Source: Candidatus Hodarchaeota archaeon | GTDB taxonomy: Archaea; Asgardarchaeota; Lokiarchaeia; Sigyniarchaeales; SOKP01 | Direction: 5' to 3' | NCBI GenBank assembly: GCA_048886685.1 | Contig: JBHLKM010000002.1 | Coordinates: 135,532-199,531 of the forward strand | DNA length: 64,000 nucleotides | Shown here: positions 9,635-19,706 of the stretch, piece after piece | How the letters are laid out: every line of letters starts with the position of its first letter | How positions within the stretch are numbered: the stretch's first letter is position 1 | The notes under the pieces: model-generated | What the model was told of the DNA's origin: nothing | Seen by the model: only the letters and a program-made list of their open reading frames with translations | Databases searched by the model: none | Translations under genes and position numbers: made by a program

Positions 9635-11074
9635 TTAGACAATGTTCCTTTTTTTAAAGAAGATTATGAACATAATAGTAATAAGCGTTATTAAAAAAAG
9701 AATATTATAACCAGAAATCGTAGCTTTAGGTCCATTGTCAAGATTTTCGCACGTATTATTTAAAACAATGTTCCCGACGCATTCAACTTCATAAATACAT
9801 TTTTTATAGGCTAACAAAAAATTTCCATATATTGTATTGTTATCACTATGACTTAAATATATACCATACTCATTATAATCGGCGATATTGCCTGTTAGGT
9901 TGTTATTGGTGGATTCAAGGAGCTGAAAACCCCTATCATTATTAGTTGCATTATTGCATACTAGGGTATTATTAGCAGAGAATGAAATGTAGAAACCGTA
10001 ATAGTTATTAGTTGCATTATTACACCTCAAGATATTATTTTCGGAATAATAGTGAATAGAGAATCCTGCAAATTTATTAATAGCTGAATTCTTAATCAAG
10101 ATATTATTAGCAGAATGATGAAGATAGAATCCTTGATAATCACTAAAGGCGGTATTGTTTTTCAAGATGTTATCATTTGAATACGCAAGGTTAAAATCAT
10201 AAAAGTTATTTATAGCGGTATTACTCATCAGTGTATTATTATCTGAATAGTGGAAATTAAAACCAGCACCATTATCAGTGGCGTTATTGCTTGTAAGAGT
10301 ATTATTATCGGAATGTTGAAGATAGAATCCTTGGTAATTATCAATGACGGTATTGCTTGTTAGATTATTATTGCTGGAATAATTGAGAGAGAAAGCAACA
10401 CCATTATCAGTAATGGTATTACCCGTTAGAGTATTATTATCAGAATAGTGGAGGAAGAATCCACCACCTCTACTATAAATAGTAGTATTAAAAGCGTTAT
10501 TGTTGATCACATTATTATTGTCTGAATAATTAAAGTTAAAACCAATATCATTTAGAGTAGCATTATTTCCTATCAATGTAATATTAGTAGAGTTTTGGAA
10601 ATTAAAACCATAAGTATTATTATATGCAATATTGTATTTTAACGCCCCGTTTGAAACATTAGAAAAATAAAATCCATCATTAACATTATTATAGAGCGTA
10701 CCGTTAAAAATAGTCACATTTTGAATTATAAAATGTACGTTAGTGTTTTGAATATCAATCCCATTATAACCCGTAACTGTATTATTAATGATATAATTCT
10801 CAATAATATATGGATTACTCTCTGTTCCATTTCCAAACCATCCTTCATTCCCTGCTAAAGTCTTAAAGGCATCATTACCGTTAATTAAAATGGGTAAGTG
10901 AGTTGTTGATAACTTCGGACGTTCCGCGAAACCGCTCTTATCAGTTTTCTTTTCAATTTGAAGTGCAAGGGGAGTATACAATAAATATGAAGCTAAAATT
11001 AGTGATCCAAAAATCATGCATAAGACTACAGATAATCTCATTAAAAATAATTTATTTTCAGTTATTTTTATCAC
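9635..11074 (-). CDS. Surface NosD/PbH1 beta-helix protein with Loki-CTERM-like anchor
   Basis: GNGTESNPYIIE, many GFxLxxSxNNxLxxNxAxxN repeats, C-terminal ISGYNILFLITLITIMFIIFFKKR. Confidence 0.85.
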   Translation of the reverse strand: MIKITENKLFLMRLSVVLCMIFGSLILASYLLYTPLALQIEKKTDKSGFAERPKLSTTHLPILINGNDAFKTLAGNEGWFGNGTESNPYIIENYIINNTVTGYNGIDIQNTNVHFIIQNVTIFNGTLYNNVNDGFYFSNVSNGALKYNIAYNNTYGFNFQNSTNITLIGNNATLNDIGFNFNYSDNNNVINNNAFNTTIYSRGGGFFLHYSDNNTLTGNTITDNGVAFSLNYSSNNNLTSNTVIDNYQGFYLQHSDNNTLTSNNATDNGAGFNFHYSDNNTLMSNTAINNFYDFNLAYSNDNILKNNTAFSDYQGFYLHHSANNILIKNSAINKFAGFSIHYYSENNILRCNNATNNYYGFYISFSANNTLVCNNATNNDRGFQLLESTNNNLTGNIADYNEYGIYLSHSDNNTIYGNFLLAYKKCIYEVECVGNIVLNNTCENLDNGPKATISGYNILFLITLITIMFIIFFKKRNIV

Positions 11075-11326
11075 ATTTTTTTAGATTCCTATATATGAAA
11101 AGAAGAAGGCTATATTTAAATATAATCTAACTAATATTTTTTGTTTTTTCAAACAATACTTTTAGAAGAAAAAAATTTAACTATATCTTAATTAGTTAAA
11201 CGCTCACGAGTTTAAGCAAGATCTTATGATAGATATTCCTCTTTTAAAAAAAATGAAACAAAATACCTTATTTTTCCCTTTAAATTATAAATAAAGAAGA
11301 TATTCAGAATAATTTATATTCTTATA

Positions 11327-12262
11327 TTGTTTTTTACAATTACTAAAAGTCTAATAAAAGAAATAATGGTAAAAAATAACCAAATTAAGTTATCTTCGAA
11401 AAGAAATATATTAGCAATTTTTTTATTGATCCTTACTACAATTCTATGGGGTACATCATTTATCCTTACAAAAAACATTACGGAAGAGATTCCTATCTTT
11501 TTTTATATAGGCCTAAGATTCGCTATTGCTCTTATTGGATTTATACCATTCTTCCCTCATCTAAAATACCTTAATAAGAAGATCTTTTTAATGAGTTTGG
11601 GAACAGGAATGCTTTATTTTTTTGGTTTTGCAATCCAAACAATTGGACTTCAAACGACAACTGCAGGAAAAACAGGTTTTATTACCGGATTGAGTGTTAT
11701 TGTGGTACCTTTTATTGCATGGCTAGGATTTAAGAAACCATTAAACAAAAGAGTTTGGATTGCTGTAGCACTATCAGTAGCAGGGATGGCATTTTTGCTA
11801 TTAGAAGGTGAATCTGGAATAATTATCGGTGATTTAATAGTATTGATATGCGCCTTTTTTTGGGCATTTTATATTATTTATAATGATATATTTGTTCGTC
11901 TTGTGGATATTTATATTTATTCAATTATTCAAATTGTCGTGATATGCTCTACAGGTTTTATCTCTTCATTTCTGATTCAAGAATCTTATGGTTCATTGTC
12001 ATTTTCTCCTACTTTTTGGTATGTAATGATTTATATGGGAATTGGAGTTATGACATTAACAATCCTATTCCAAAACTGGAGTCAACAATATATAGGAGCA
12101 ACTCAAACAGCAATTATTTTTTCTCTTGAACCTGTCTTTGCTGCTTTATTTGGATTCCTTATAGGTAATGAAATTCTATCTGTGTTTGCTTGGTTAGGTT
12201 GTGGGTTGATTTTTGTAGCAATTCTTATAACAGTTTTAAAAAATACTAATAATCAGGAATAA
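11327..12262 (+). CDS. EamA/DMT family transporter
   Basis: ILWGTSFILTK, GLRFAIA, GFITGLSVIVVP, IIFSLEPVFAALFG; 10 TM. True start may be the downstream ATG (MVKNNQ). Confidence 0.9.
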   Translation: MFFTITKSLIKEIMVKNNQIKLSSKRNILAIFLLILTTILWGTSFILTKNITEEIPIFFYIGLRFAIALIGFIPFFPHLKYLNKKIFLMSLGTGMLYFFGFAIQTIGLQTTTAGKTGFITGLSVIVVPFIAWLGFKKPLNKRVWIAVALSVAGMAFLLLEGESGIIIGDLIVLICAFFWAFYIIYNDIFVRLVDIYIYSIIQIVVICSTGFISSFLIQESYGSLSFSPTFWYVMIYMGIGVMTLTILFQNWSQQYIGATQTAIIFSLEPVFAALFGFLIGNEILSVFAWLGCGLIFVAILITVLKNTNNQE

Positions 12263-12515
12263 AGCAAAAATCTTGAATCTATATAAGTTTTTGAGATTTA
12301 ATATTCTTAAAATCTTCATTTTGGCACATCTTTTGTATAATTTAATACTTAATATGTACGGAAATCTAAAAATTTTTACTAAAAAACATATTTAAATAAT
12401 TAAAAAGTTATTAATATCTAAATAAGGGTTGTTTTATCGGCAAAACTATATTTTATTAGGTAAATTTTTCAATTGATTTTATAATTAGAATAATCAGATA
12501 TCTGTGATATAATAC

Positions 12516-12674
12516 GTGTCCGCACATAAATTAAAACCAAAAGACCTTACTATTTGTAATAAGTGTGGCAACGTAATGATCACGAGAAAAATCCGTACTA
12601 ACAATTCTAATAAGATTGAATTTCAGCAAATCCTTCAATGCATCGTTTGTCGACACTGGATTTCTACTGAATGA
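12516..12674 (+). CDS. 52-aa zinc-ribbon small protein (not in ORF track)
   Basis: GTG start; MSAHKLKPKDLTICNKCGNVMITRKIRTNNSNKIEFQQILQCIVCRHWISTE with CxxC...CxxC. Confidence 0.7.
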   Translation: MSAHKLKPKDLTICNKCGNVMITRKIRTNNSNKIEFQQILQCIVCRHWISTE

Positions 12675-12887
12675 TTTCATTTAAAATACATCAATTTATG
12701 ATTTGATTTATATAGAAATTTTTAATATATTTAGATTAAAATAGTAGATGAGCATTACAGTAGAAGTTATATCAAAATGTAATTTTAATTTTACTCCTAC
12801 TCGTGAATATTTTAAAAGTCTACAAAATGTACCACCTAATTCTTAAAAAACTTGCGTTTATCTACAAGAAATATATTTTATAAGAAA

Positions 12888-13039
12888 AGGTAAGGGAAAG
12901 AATAATCCGCACCAAAGTAATAAAATCAGGGAGAGAATTAAACTCATAGAGTTTAATAGAGGGCATAATCAAGGCACGAGATGCTCGCAACCTTTGAAAT
13001 CCAATGTTTATGCAGATTATTAGTTAAATTTCCCTTCCT
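12888..13039 (-). ncRNA. Candidate structured non-coding RNA of unknown class
   Basis: Nested closing stems (AGGAAGGGAAA/UUUCCCUUACCU; AAUAAUCUGCA/UGCGGAUUAUU) enclosing two hairpins; mismatches become G-U wobbles only on the minus strand. Confidence 0.45.
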
Positions 13040-13172
13040 ACTATAAAATGGGATTATTAACTTAAAAATTAACTGGTTATATTTTATATATGTTCTGATA
13101 TAACGTAATAGTTGTTTACAAAAAGATTAGTTTTGTTATAACAAATTTGTCAAACCTAGATTTTTTTAAAAA

Positions 13173-14015
13173 TTAGGTTATTAGCTCATCTATCCTTAAT
13201 TTAAGCCCATCTTCAGCTGCAATTACTTTTTTGATCTTCGTTAATTCCTCTAATTTGCTTACTTGACTCGGAACGAAGTTCTTTTTTGAGCGTGGGCCAT
13301 CCATATAAGAACCAAAATGAGTTATAATTAAACTATCCAATGGTGGATCGATTTTATTTAAATACGGGATAACTTCATCAGTACATAAATGCCTTTTACA
13401 AGTTATCGAATCAGGACGTAATAGATTGAGAATAAGAATGTTTACACCTGAAAATTGATCTGGAAAGTCCTCAAATACCATTGTATCACTGGTGTAAGCT
13501 AAAGAATATTCTTTAAGATTAAATTTTACACCAAAACTTTCATTAACGGGTGAATGAACTGCTTTTGTTCCAACAATTTCAATATCTTTATAATTCAACT
13601 TATCACCTGCTTTAAATCTTATAGTTTGTTCAAGCATATTCAAATGATAATCCGATATTAAGTTAATCACTTCGGAAGTTGTAATTAGTGTACCTTTTTT
13701 ATAATAATTATAACTCTTATCATGTAATATTTCTCTTGAACTTTCTATGATGGCGCTAAGATCATTGTAATGATCCACATGTGCATGAGTTACAATAAAA
13801 AGTTCAGTTTTAACAGGATCTTCTTGATATTGAATGAGTCTAACGATGGCTCCAGGTCCTGGATCTAAATGAGCTTGTACTCCATTGAATTTGAATAAGA
13901 ATCCTCCAGTGGCGCGATGTTGAGTTCGGATATGATGCCTTCCTCCACCAGATCCAAGTATAACAATTTCATCCTTACTATTTATTTTAGTACACCTAAA
14001 TTTTACACATTTCAA
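13173..14015 (-). CDS. Metallo-beta-lactamase fold hydrolase
   Basis: ILGSGGG, HLDPGPGA, THAHVDHYND (HxHxDH), YTSDT, ITHFG. Confidence 0.85.
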   Translation of the reverse strand: MKCVKFRCTKINSKDEIVILGSGGGRHHIRTQHRATGGFLFKFNGVQAHLDPGPGAIVRLIQYQEDPVKTELFIVTHAHVDHYNDLSAIIESSREILHDKSYNYYKKGTLITTSEVINLISDYHLNMLEQTIRFKAGDKLNYKDIEIVGTKAVHSPVNESFGVKFNLKEYSLAYTSDTMVFEDFPDQFSGVNILILNLLRPDSITCKRHLCTDEVIPYLNKIDPPLDSLIITHFGSYMDGPRSKKNFVPSQVSKLEELTKIKKVIAAEDGLKLRIDELIT

Positions 14016-14091
14016 TTATCTACCTAAAATATATAATTTAGTAAAGATAAATAGGTTACGCTTTAATTTTTACTATTGAAATTAGGTTTCA

Positions 14092-16347
14092 TCAAAGCTT
14101 TAATTCTTTTATCAAAAGTTCATCAATTTGATTTAGAATAGGATCTATCTCTTCATCTAAAATATTTTGTATTTTGTATTTAGAAAATATATCCTTATTG
14201 CTTTTAAAAGTCCTTCTGATTGTAGAAACTGCTATTTCTTCCCCCGTTCTGCCCAATTTTACTAACTGCTGATGAGTAGAATTATTAGCATCATATTTTT
14301 TAATGTTTACATTAAATGGAAGTTTAAATATATGCCTTGAGCTCTTCATAATCTTAATTTGTTCTGTTAAAATGTTTGAATTCAAGATCGCCGATAAATA
14401 GTAAGCTTCATTGAGATTGGTTGTATCATAAAAACTCAAATCCCCAGTAATCAAGAAATCTCCTTGTACTACTGCCGAATTTAATATTGAGCCTGAATTA
14501 TTATAAACTACCTTAATTTTTGATTTTTGTCTTGAATTGATCAATTTTGACCAACGATTCAAGTTTTCCATCAAAGAATTATGAGTTGTTGTTTCTTTTT
14601 TATGTCTAAGGTATAATTTATTAATCTTATCATAGAATCTTTTAGAATTTTTATCCAATTTCTCGTAGTTAAAGCTCAAATCATTTTTTGAGAGTGGTAA
14701 AAATACATTATAATGGTCATATACGTGAAATTTGACTAATTCTGTGCTTTTAAGTACTTTAAATATGTATTTTTTTTCGATAATTTCGTTTTCAAATTCT
14801 TTTTTATTCCATGGAACCTTAGCTTTTTTAAAAATCCTATCATCCGGATTGATTTTTACTACAAAATCATTAACATTTTGAAGTTTTACAAATATTAAAT
14901 TTCGGGGATTTAAATCAGCACCTTTGTGAAAAAGTCTTTTATAGTAACTCTCTCCAAGTGGAAGTAAATCACTCACTTTATCTATTGAAATTAATTTTTT
15001 GATGAAAATTTTCCCTTCTTTTTGCTCAATTGAAAAAGGAACATAAATTTCTTCTTTTATCAGCTTTAAATCTACTAAATCATAATTATTAATATCTATC
15101 TCATTAGATTCTAAATCAAAATGGCATGCTGGAATTTGATAAAAAGCATGTTCTTTCACATCTTGTAATTTTTGTGCGTATAAACAAATAAAATCGATAT
15201 TGAATATACTTTCAATCTTTTTATCAAATAGCCAAATTTTTATATCGGAAAAGCCTTTAAAACTTCGAAATCTCGAAGCATGTGATCCAGTAATCACTCC
15301 CTTGGTGATAACAAAGAAGATTTTTGCTCGATTTTTCATATAAAATTTCTGCGCATTGTAAAAAAATAAGGTTGAAATTTCTAAATTTAGTAAATTTTTA
15401 GGGCGGGGTTTAATTTCCAATTCTTCTGCGAGCTTTTTTAAACTTTCTTGATAATTTATAGTATCAATGTCTCTATAAGTATACCAAGGGGGATTTCCGA
15501 TTACCAAATCAAATTTTTCATGTAATTTAGTCATTCTTTGATTTAAAAAATTAAAAACATACAAGTTAAAATTGATTTCTGTGCCTAAATCTTTTGTAAG
15601 ATATAAAACGTTAATTTTCGATAAATATATTGAAATTGGATTGATATCAAAGCCCCAAATCCTATTTATAGCAACGATCTTCTCTTTTTCACTTTTCTTT
15701 TGAGATATTATTTCTCTTATAATTCCAATTAAAAAATTACCTGAACCGCAACAAGGATCAAGGACCATATCTCCAAAAGAATAAGTTTCCTCAATCATTT
15801 TCTTCACTAAAAATGGAGGAGTATAATATTCACCTGATTTATGCCTAAAAAGGGGAGAAATTATGTTTTGGAATAAATAATCAAATATGTTTATAGGATT
15901 AATTTTTGATTTGAAGAGGTGATTGGAAATTTCAAAAACTAATTTAGTTAAAATTGTTAAATCCTCCTTTTCGGAAATGAAGTATATTGGTGTGAAATAC
16001 TCAAACTCTATGATATTAGTATTCCTAAATTTGGATTTTATATTGTCTTCTAATTCTTTAAAATTCTTTAACGTTGAGTCGTTAGGAGACAAGAAATTTT
16101 TGTCTTTAAGAACTAATTTTAAGATAAAATTGAGTCCGATAAAATACAATAATGTATGGATGAGATATAATCGTAGATTTGTCTCATTTTCACCATATAT
16201 TTTTTTAAAATCTTTGTACCATGCCCTAAACTTATCTTCATTATATATATCACACTTAGACAATATAGTTTCTAACTTTATAATTGTTTCATTAATCTTT
16301 TGAAAATCTATATCAATATTCATGCTGTAAGTTAATTTATTAACCAA
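14092..16347 (-). CDS. N6-adenine DNA methyltransferase with C-terminal TRD-like region (type IIG/Eco57I-like)
   Basis: GEYYTP, VLDPCCGSGNFL (motif I), FDLVIGNPPW (motif IV), YYLSAILNS. Confidence 0.85.
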   Translation of the reverse strand: MVNKLTYSMNIDIDFQKINETIIKLETILSKCDIYNEDKFRAWYKDFKKIYGENETNLRLYLIHTLLYFIGLNFILKLVLKDKNFLSPNDSTLKNFKELEDNIKSKFRNTNIIEFEYFTPIYFISEKEDLTILTKLVFEISNHLFKSKINPINIFDYLFQNIISPLFRHKSGEYYTPPFLVKKMIEETYSFGDMVLDPCCGSGNFLIGIIREIISQKKSEKEKIVAINRIWGFDINPISIYLSKINVLYLTKDLGTEINFNLYVFNFLNQRMTKLHEKFDLVIGNPPWYTYRDIDTINYQESLKKLAEELEIKPRPKNLLNLEISTLFFYNAQKFYMKNRAKIFFVITKGVITGSHASRFRSFKGFSDIKIWLFDKKIESIFNIDFICLYAQKLQDVKEHAFYQIPACHFDLESNEIDINNYDLVDLKLIKEEIYVPFSIEQKEGKIFIKKLISIDKVSDLLPLGESYYKRLFHKGADLNPRNLIFVKLQNVNDFVVKINPDDRIFKKAKVPWNKKEFENEIIEKKYIFKVLKSTELVKFHVYDHYNVFLPLSKNDLSFNYEKLDKNSKRFYDKINKLYLRHKKETTTHNSLMENLNRWSKLINSRQKSKIKVVYNNSGSILNSAVVQGDFLITGDLSFYDTTNLNEAYYLSAILNSNILTEQIKIMKSSRHIFKLPFNVNIKKYDANNSTHQQLVKLGRTGEEIAVSTIRRTFKSNKDIFSKYKIQNILDEEIDPILNQIDELLIKELKL

Positions 16348-16455
16348 AAAATAAAACTCCTCTCTCTTGATTCCTCAATATAATCAATGAATTAATATTT
16401 AAATATTCATTAATTAGTTCAATATTATTTTTTAATACGAGTAAAATAAATTAAC

Positions 16456-17064
16456 TTGACTTCAACTGAAATCAAGATCTCGAAGGATCTTGAAAACGGA
16501 ATTAAATTCTCCTGCCAAATGTGTGGTGACTGTTGTAGAGGATTTAAGGAAGGTGAAGTATATCTTTATAAAGATGATATTCTTAGACTGACTAAATTCT
16601 TACGAATGACTGAGATGAATGGTTTAAGAAATTTTGTTCAAAAATATGTGAAAGTTATTAATGATAGCTTTTTTTGGAAAGATCCTAAGGCTCAAAGAGG
16701 TAAAACATATAGATTTAAAACCTTAGGATTTGCATTTACAGGGGATGATGAGCATTGTCATTTTTTGAAGGATAATAAATGCACTGTTCATGAAGCCCGT
16801 CCATTCCAATGTCGATGCTTTCCTTTTTGGCAAATGATGGTTAAAAGCAAAAAAAATGTTATTGCGTATTCTAAAAAATGTTCTGGATTACAGGCATCGC
16901 TAAAGGGTAATGGCAAATATTATAGCCGTAAAGAGATTGAAAAATGGGCTAGAGCGGAATATGAAATGGAAAAAGAGTTTTTCTTAGAAATGAAAAAAAA
17001 TGATTTTGATATATTAAAAGTCTACACTTTTTTGCCAAAAGAAATGATTCCTGAAGATAAATAA
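16456..17064 (+). CDS. YkgJ family cysteine-cluster (CxxCxxCC) protein
   Basis: FSCQMCGDCC ... CHFL...CTVHEARPFQCRCFPFW. Confidence 0.85.
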   Translation: MTSTEIKISKDLENGIKFSCQMCGDCCRGFKEGEVYLYKDDILRLTKFLRMTEMNGLRNFVQKYVKVINDSFFWKDPKAQRGKTYRFKTLGFAFTGDDEHCHFLKDNKCTVHEARPFQCRCFPFWQMMVKSKKNVIAYSKKCSGLQASLKGNGKYYSRKEIEKWARAEYEMEKEFFLEMKKNDFDILKVYTFLPKEMIPEDK

Positions 17065-17188
17065 AATCTTTATATTATAAAGCCAAGAGAACATTCATTT
17101 TTATTAATAATTAAGAATAATTATTAAAAACTCAACTATATTATAAACATAGAACTGCGAAAATTTCATATAAGAAAGTGGTATTAAA

Positions 17189-19579
17189 TTGAAAATTGGT
17201 TTATTTGTATGTGACTGTGGGAAGAACATTAGTGGGACTATTGATAATGAGAAAATACTAGAACATTTTAGCGAATACTCTGATGTAGATGTTATTAGAG
17301 ATCAATATCTATGTTCCGAGGCGGGTTTAAATAAGATTACTGATGAGTTAAAGGAGAAAAAAGTAGATAGAGTGGTAATAGCTGCCTGTTCATTCAAATT
17401 ACATGGATTATTGTTCAGAAAGACTATTGAAAAAGCAGGAATTAATCGATTCTTGATATCTTTTGCTAACATCCGAGAACAAAATTCCTGGGTTCATGCT
17501 GATGAGCCAGAAAAAGCAACGACAAAGGCAATCGATCAAATTAATATGGCAATAGAACAAGTCAAACTTCTGAATCCCTTAGATGTTACATATTCAAATG
17601 TTCTACCTTCTACTTTAGTCATCGGAGGTGGTATAGCAGGGATAAAAGCTGCTTTAGTAATCGCAGATGCAGGTTATAAAGTGTATTTAGTAGAAAAGAA
17701 AACTACCATAGGAGGTCATATGGCTCTTTTTGATAAAACTTTTCCCACTCTAGATTGTTCAATTTGTATTCTCGGACCACTAATGACTTCAATCAAAGAT
17801 CATCCTAATATTGAACTATTAACTTATTCTGAAGTTGAAAAAGTTGATGGATATATAGGAAATTTTGAGATTGTGATAAAAAAAAATCCACGTTTTATAA
17901 AAGAAGATGATTGTGTTGGATGTTTTGATATTTGCCGAGATGTATGTCCAATTGATGTAGAAAATACTTTTTATCCAAGAAAGGCTATAGATGTCCCCTA
18001 TCCGCAAGCGATACCTCTATTTCCGAATATTTTAGAAGAATATTGTATTGGATGTAAAGTATGTGCTCAGGCATGCGATAGAGATGCAATAGATTTCGAT
18101 CAAGAGCCAGAAATTATAAATATTAAAGTCGGCTCAATTATTGTCGCAACGGGGCTAAAAACTTTTGATCCCTCTTTACTTGGAGAATATAATTATCTTA
18201 AATATCCAGATATCATAACTACAATGCAAATGGAAAGAATACTCAACAATGATGGACCTACTCATGGAAAAGTTATAACTCCTTCAAGTGGTAATCCTCC
18301 AAAGAAGGTTTCATTTATCTTATGTGTAGGATCTCGTAACAAACAAATTCATCACGAATATTGTAGTCAAGTATGTTGTAATGTAGCAATAAAGCAAGCT
18401 GTTTTAATTAAAAAAGAACATCCTGAAACAGAGATTAATATCTATTATAATGATATTAGAGCCATGGGAAAGAATTGTGAGGAATTTTATAACAGAGCTC
18501 GTGAGGTTTTCGGAATCAGATTCATAAAAAGTAATATTTCTGCTGTGTTAAAAAGCGACACTTCAGATGAATTAATTGTTCGTGGAGAAGATGTAATTGA
18601 AGACAAATTATTTGAAAACAAAACAAATTTAGTTGTTTTAGCAGTAGGTATCGAACCGGCAGACGGTACTGATGAATTAAGTAAAATCTTAAACATATCT
18701 CAGGATCCCAATGGCTTTTTATTAGAAAAACATTTAAAGGTTAGGCCTTCAGAAACTTCAGTTAATGGAATTTTTTTGGCTGGGGCAATACAAGGACCAA
18801 AAGATATACCAACTAGTATAGCTCAAGCAGAGAGTTCAGCTGCAAAGGTAATATCTCTAATATCCATGGGAAAAGTTGAATTAGATCCCCATGTAGTATA
18901 TTTCAATCCTGAAGAATGTGATTTATGTAGATTATGTGAAAATATCTGCATGTTTAATGCCTTAAAAATTGAAGATAATCAATTAAAAATTACTCAAGCG
19001 AATTGTACTGGATGCGGAGCATGCGCTGCTATGTGTCACTCTGATGCGTTATATATCCCTGGATTTACAAAAATGCAAATTTCTGCTCAAATTCAATCAA
19101 TTTTAAAACAGAAGAGCGAATCTCCTTTAATCATCGCATTTTTATGTAACTGGTGCTCCTATATTGGAGCTGATCTCGCTGGGACAAGTAAATTAACCTA
19201 TCCTACAAATATAAGAACAATTCACGTAATGTGTACTGCAATGCTTAATCCATCTTTAGTATTTGAAAGCTTTTTCTATGGAGCAGATGGAGTATTAATT
19301 GCAGGTTGTTATCCACAAGACTGTCACTATCAAGAGGGATTCATTAAAGCCAAATCTCGATATGAAAGTATTAGAGAAGTGTTAGTAGAGACTGGGATAA
19401 ATGAGAAGCGTGTAAAAATTATAAGTATTGCAGCTGGTGAAGGAGAAAAATATGCAAAGGCAGTGAAAGAATTTAAGGAACAGTTGGATAAAATAGGTCC
19501 CATTAAACCTAATGAATATACAAAACCCTTATCATCTAAAGAGAAAAGAAAAGGTAAAGCAAAATTAGATGAAATTTAA
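17189..19579 (+). CDS. hdrA: Heterodisulfide reductase subunit A fused to MvhD (HdrA-MvhD)
   Basis: CDCGKNI, ANIREQNSWVH, GGGIAG FAD motif, KTFPTLDCSICIL, ferredoxin inserts, C-terminal FLCNWCSYIGADLAG...GADGVLIAGC..DCHY (MvhD). Confidence 0.92.
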   Translation: MKIGLFVCDCGKNISGTIDNEKILEHFSEYSDVDVIRDQYLCSEAGLNKITDELKEKKVDRVVIAACSFKLHGLLFRKTIEKAGINRFLISFANIREQNSWVHADEPEKATTKAIDQINMAIEQVKLLNPLDVTYSNVLPSTLVIGGGIAGIKAALVIADAGYKVYLVEKKTTIGGHMALFDKTFPTLDCSICILGPLMTSIKDHPNIELLTYSEVEKVDGYIGNFEIVIKKNPRFIKEDDCVGCFDICRDVCPIDVENTFYPRKAIDVPYPQAIPLFPNILEEYCIGCKVCAQACDRDAIDFDQEPEIINIKVGSIIVATGLKTFDPSLLGEYNYLKYPDIITTMQMERILNNDGPTHGKVITPSSGNPPKKVSFILCVGSRNKQIHHEYCSQVCCNVAIKQAVLIKKEHPETEINIYYNDIRAMGKNCEEFYNRAREVFGIRFIKSNISAVLKSDTSDELIVRGEDVIEDKLFENKTNLVVLAVGIEPADGTDELSKILNISQDPNGFLLEKHLKVRPSETSVNGIFLAGAIQGPKDIPTSIAQAESSAAKVISLISMGKVELDPHVVYFNPEECDLCRLCENICMFNALKIEDNQLKITQANCTGCGACAAMCHSDALYIPGFTKMQISAQIQSILKQKSESPLIIAFLCNWCSYIGADLAGTSKLTYPTNIRTIHVMCTAMLNPSLVFESFFYGADGVLIAGCYPQDCHYQEGFIKAKSRYESIREVLVETGINEKRVKIISIAAGEGEKYAKAVKEFKEQLDKIGPIKPNEYTKPLSSKEKRKGKAKLDEI

Positions 19580-19706
19580 TCAATATTACGATTAAGGATA
19601 TAAATGAATTTAACAAAAATATCTATAATTAGAAATATTAATTTTTTATTGAAATATCTCTTATAATTCTTATTAAAAGAATATATTTTAGAAATATAGA
19701 CTAAAA

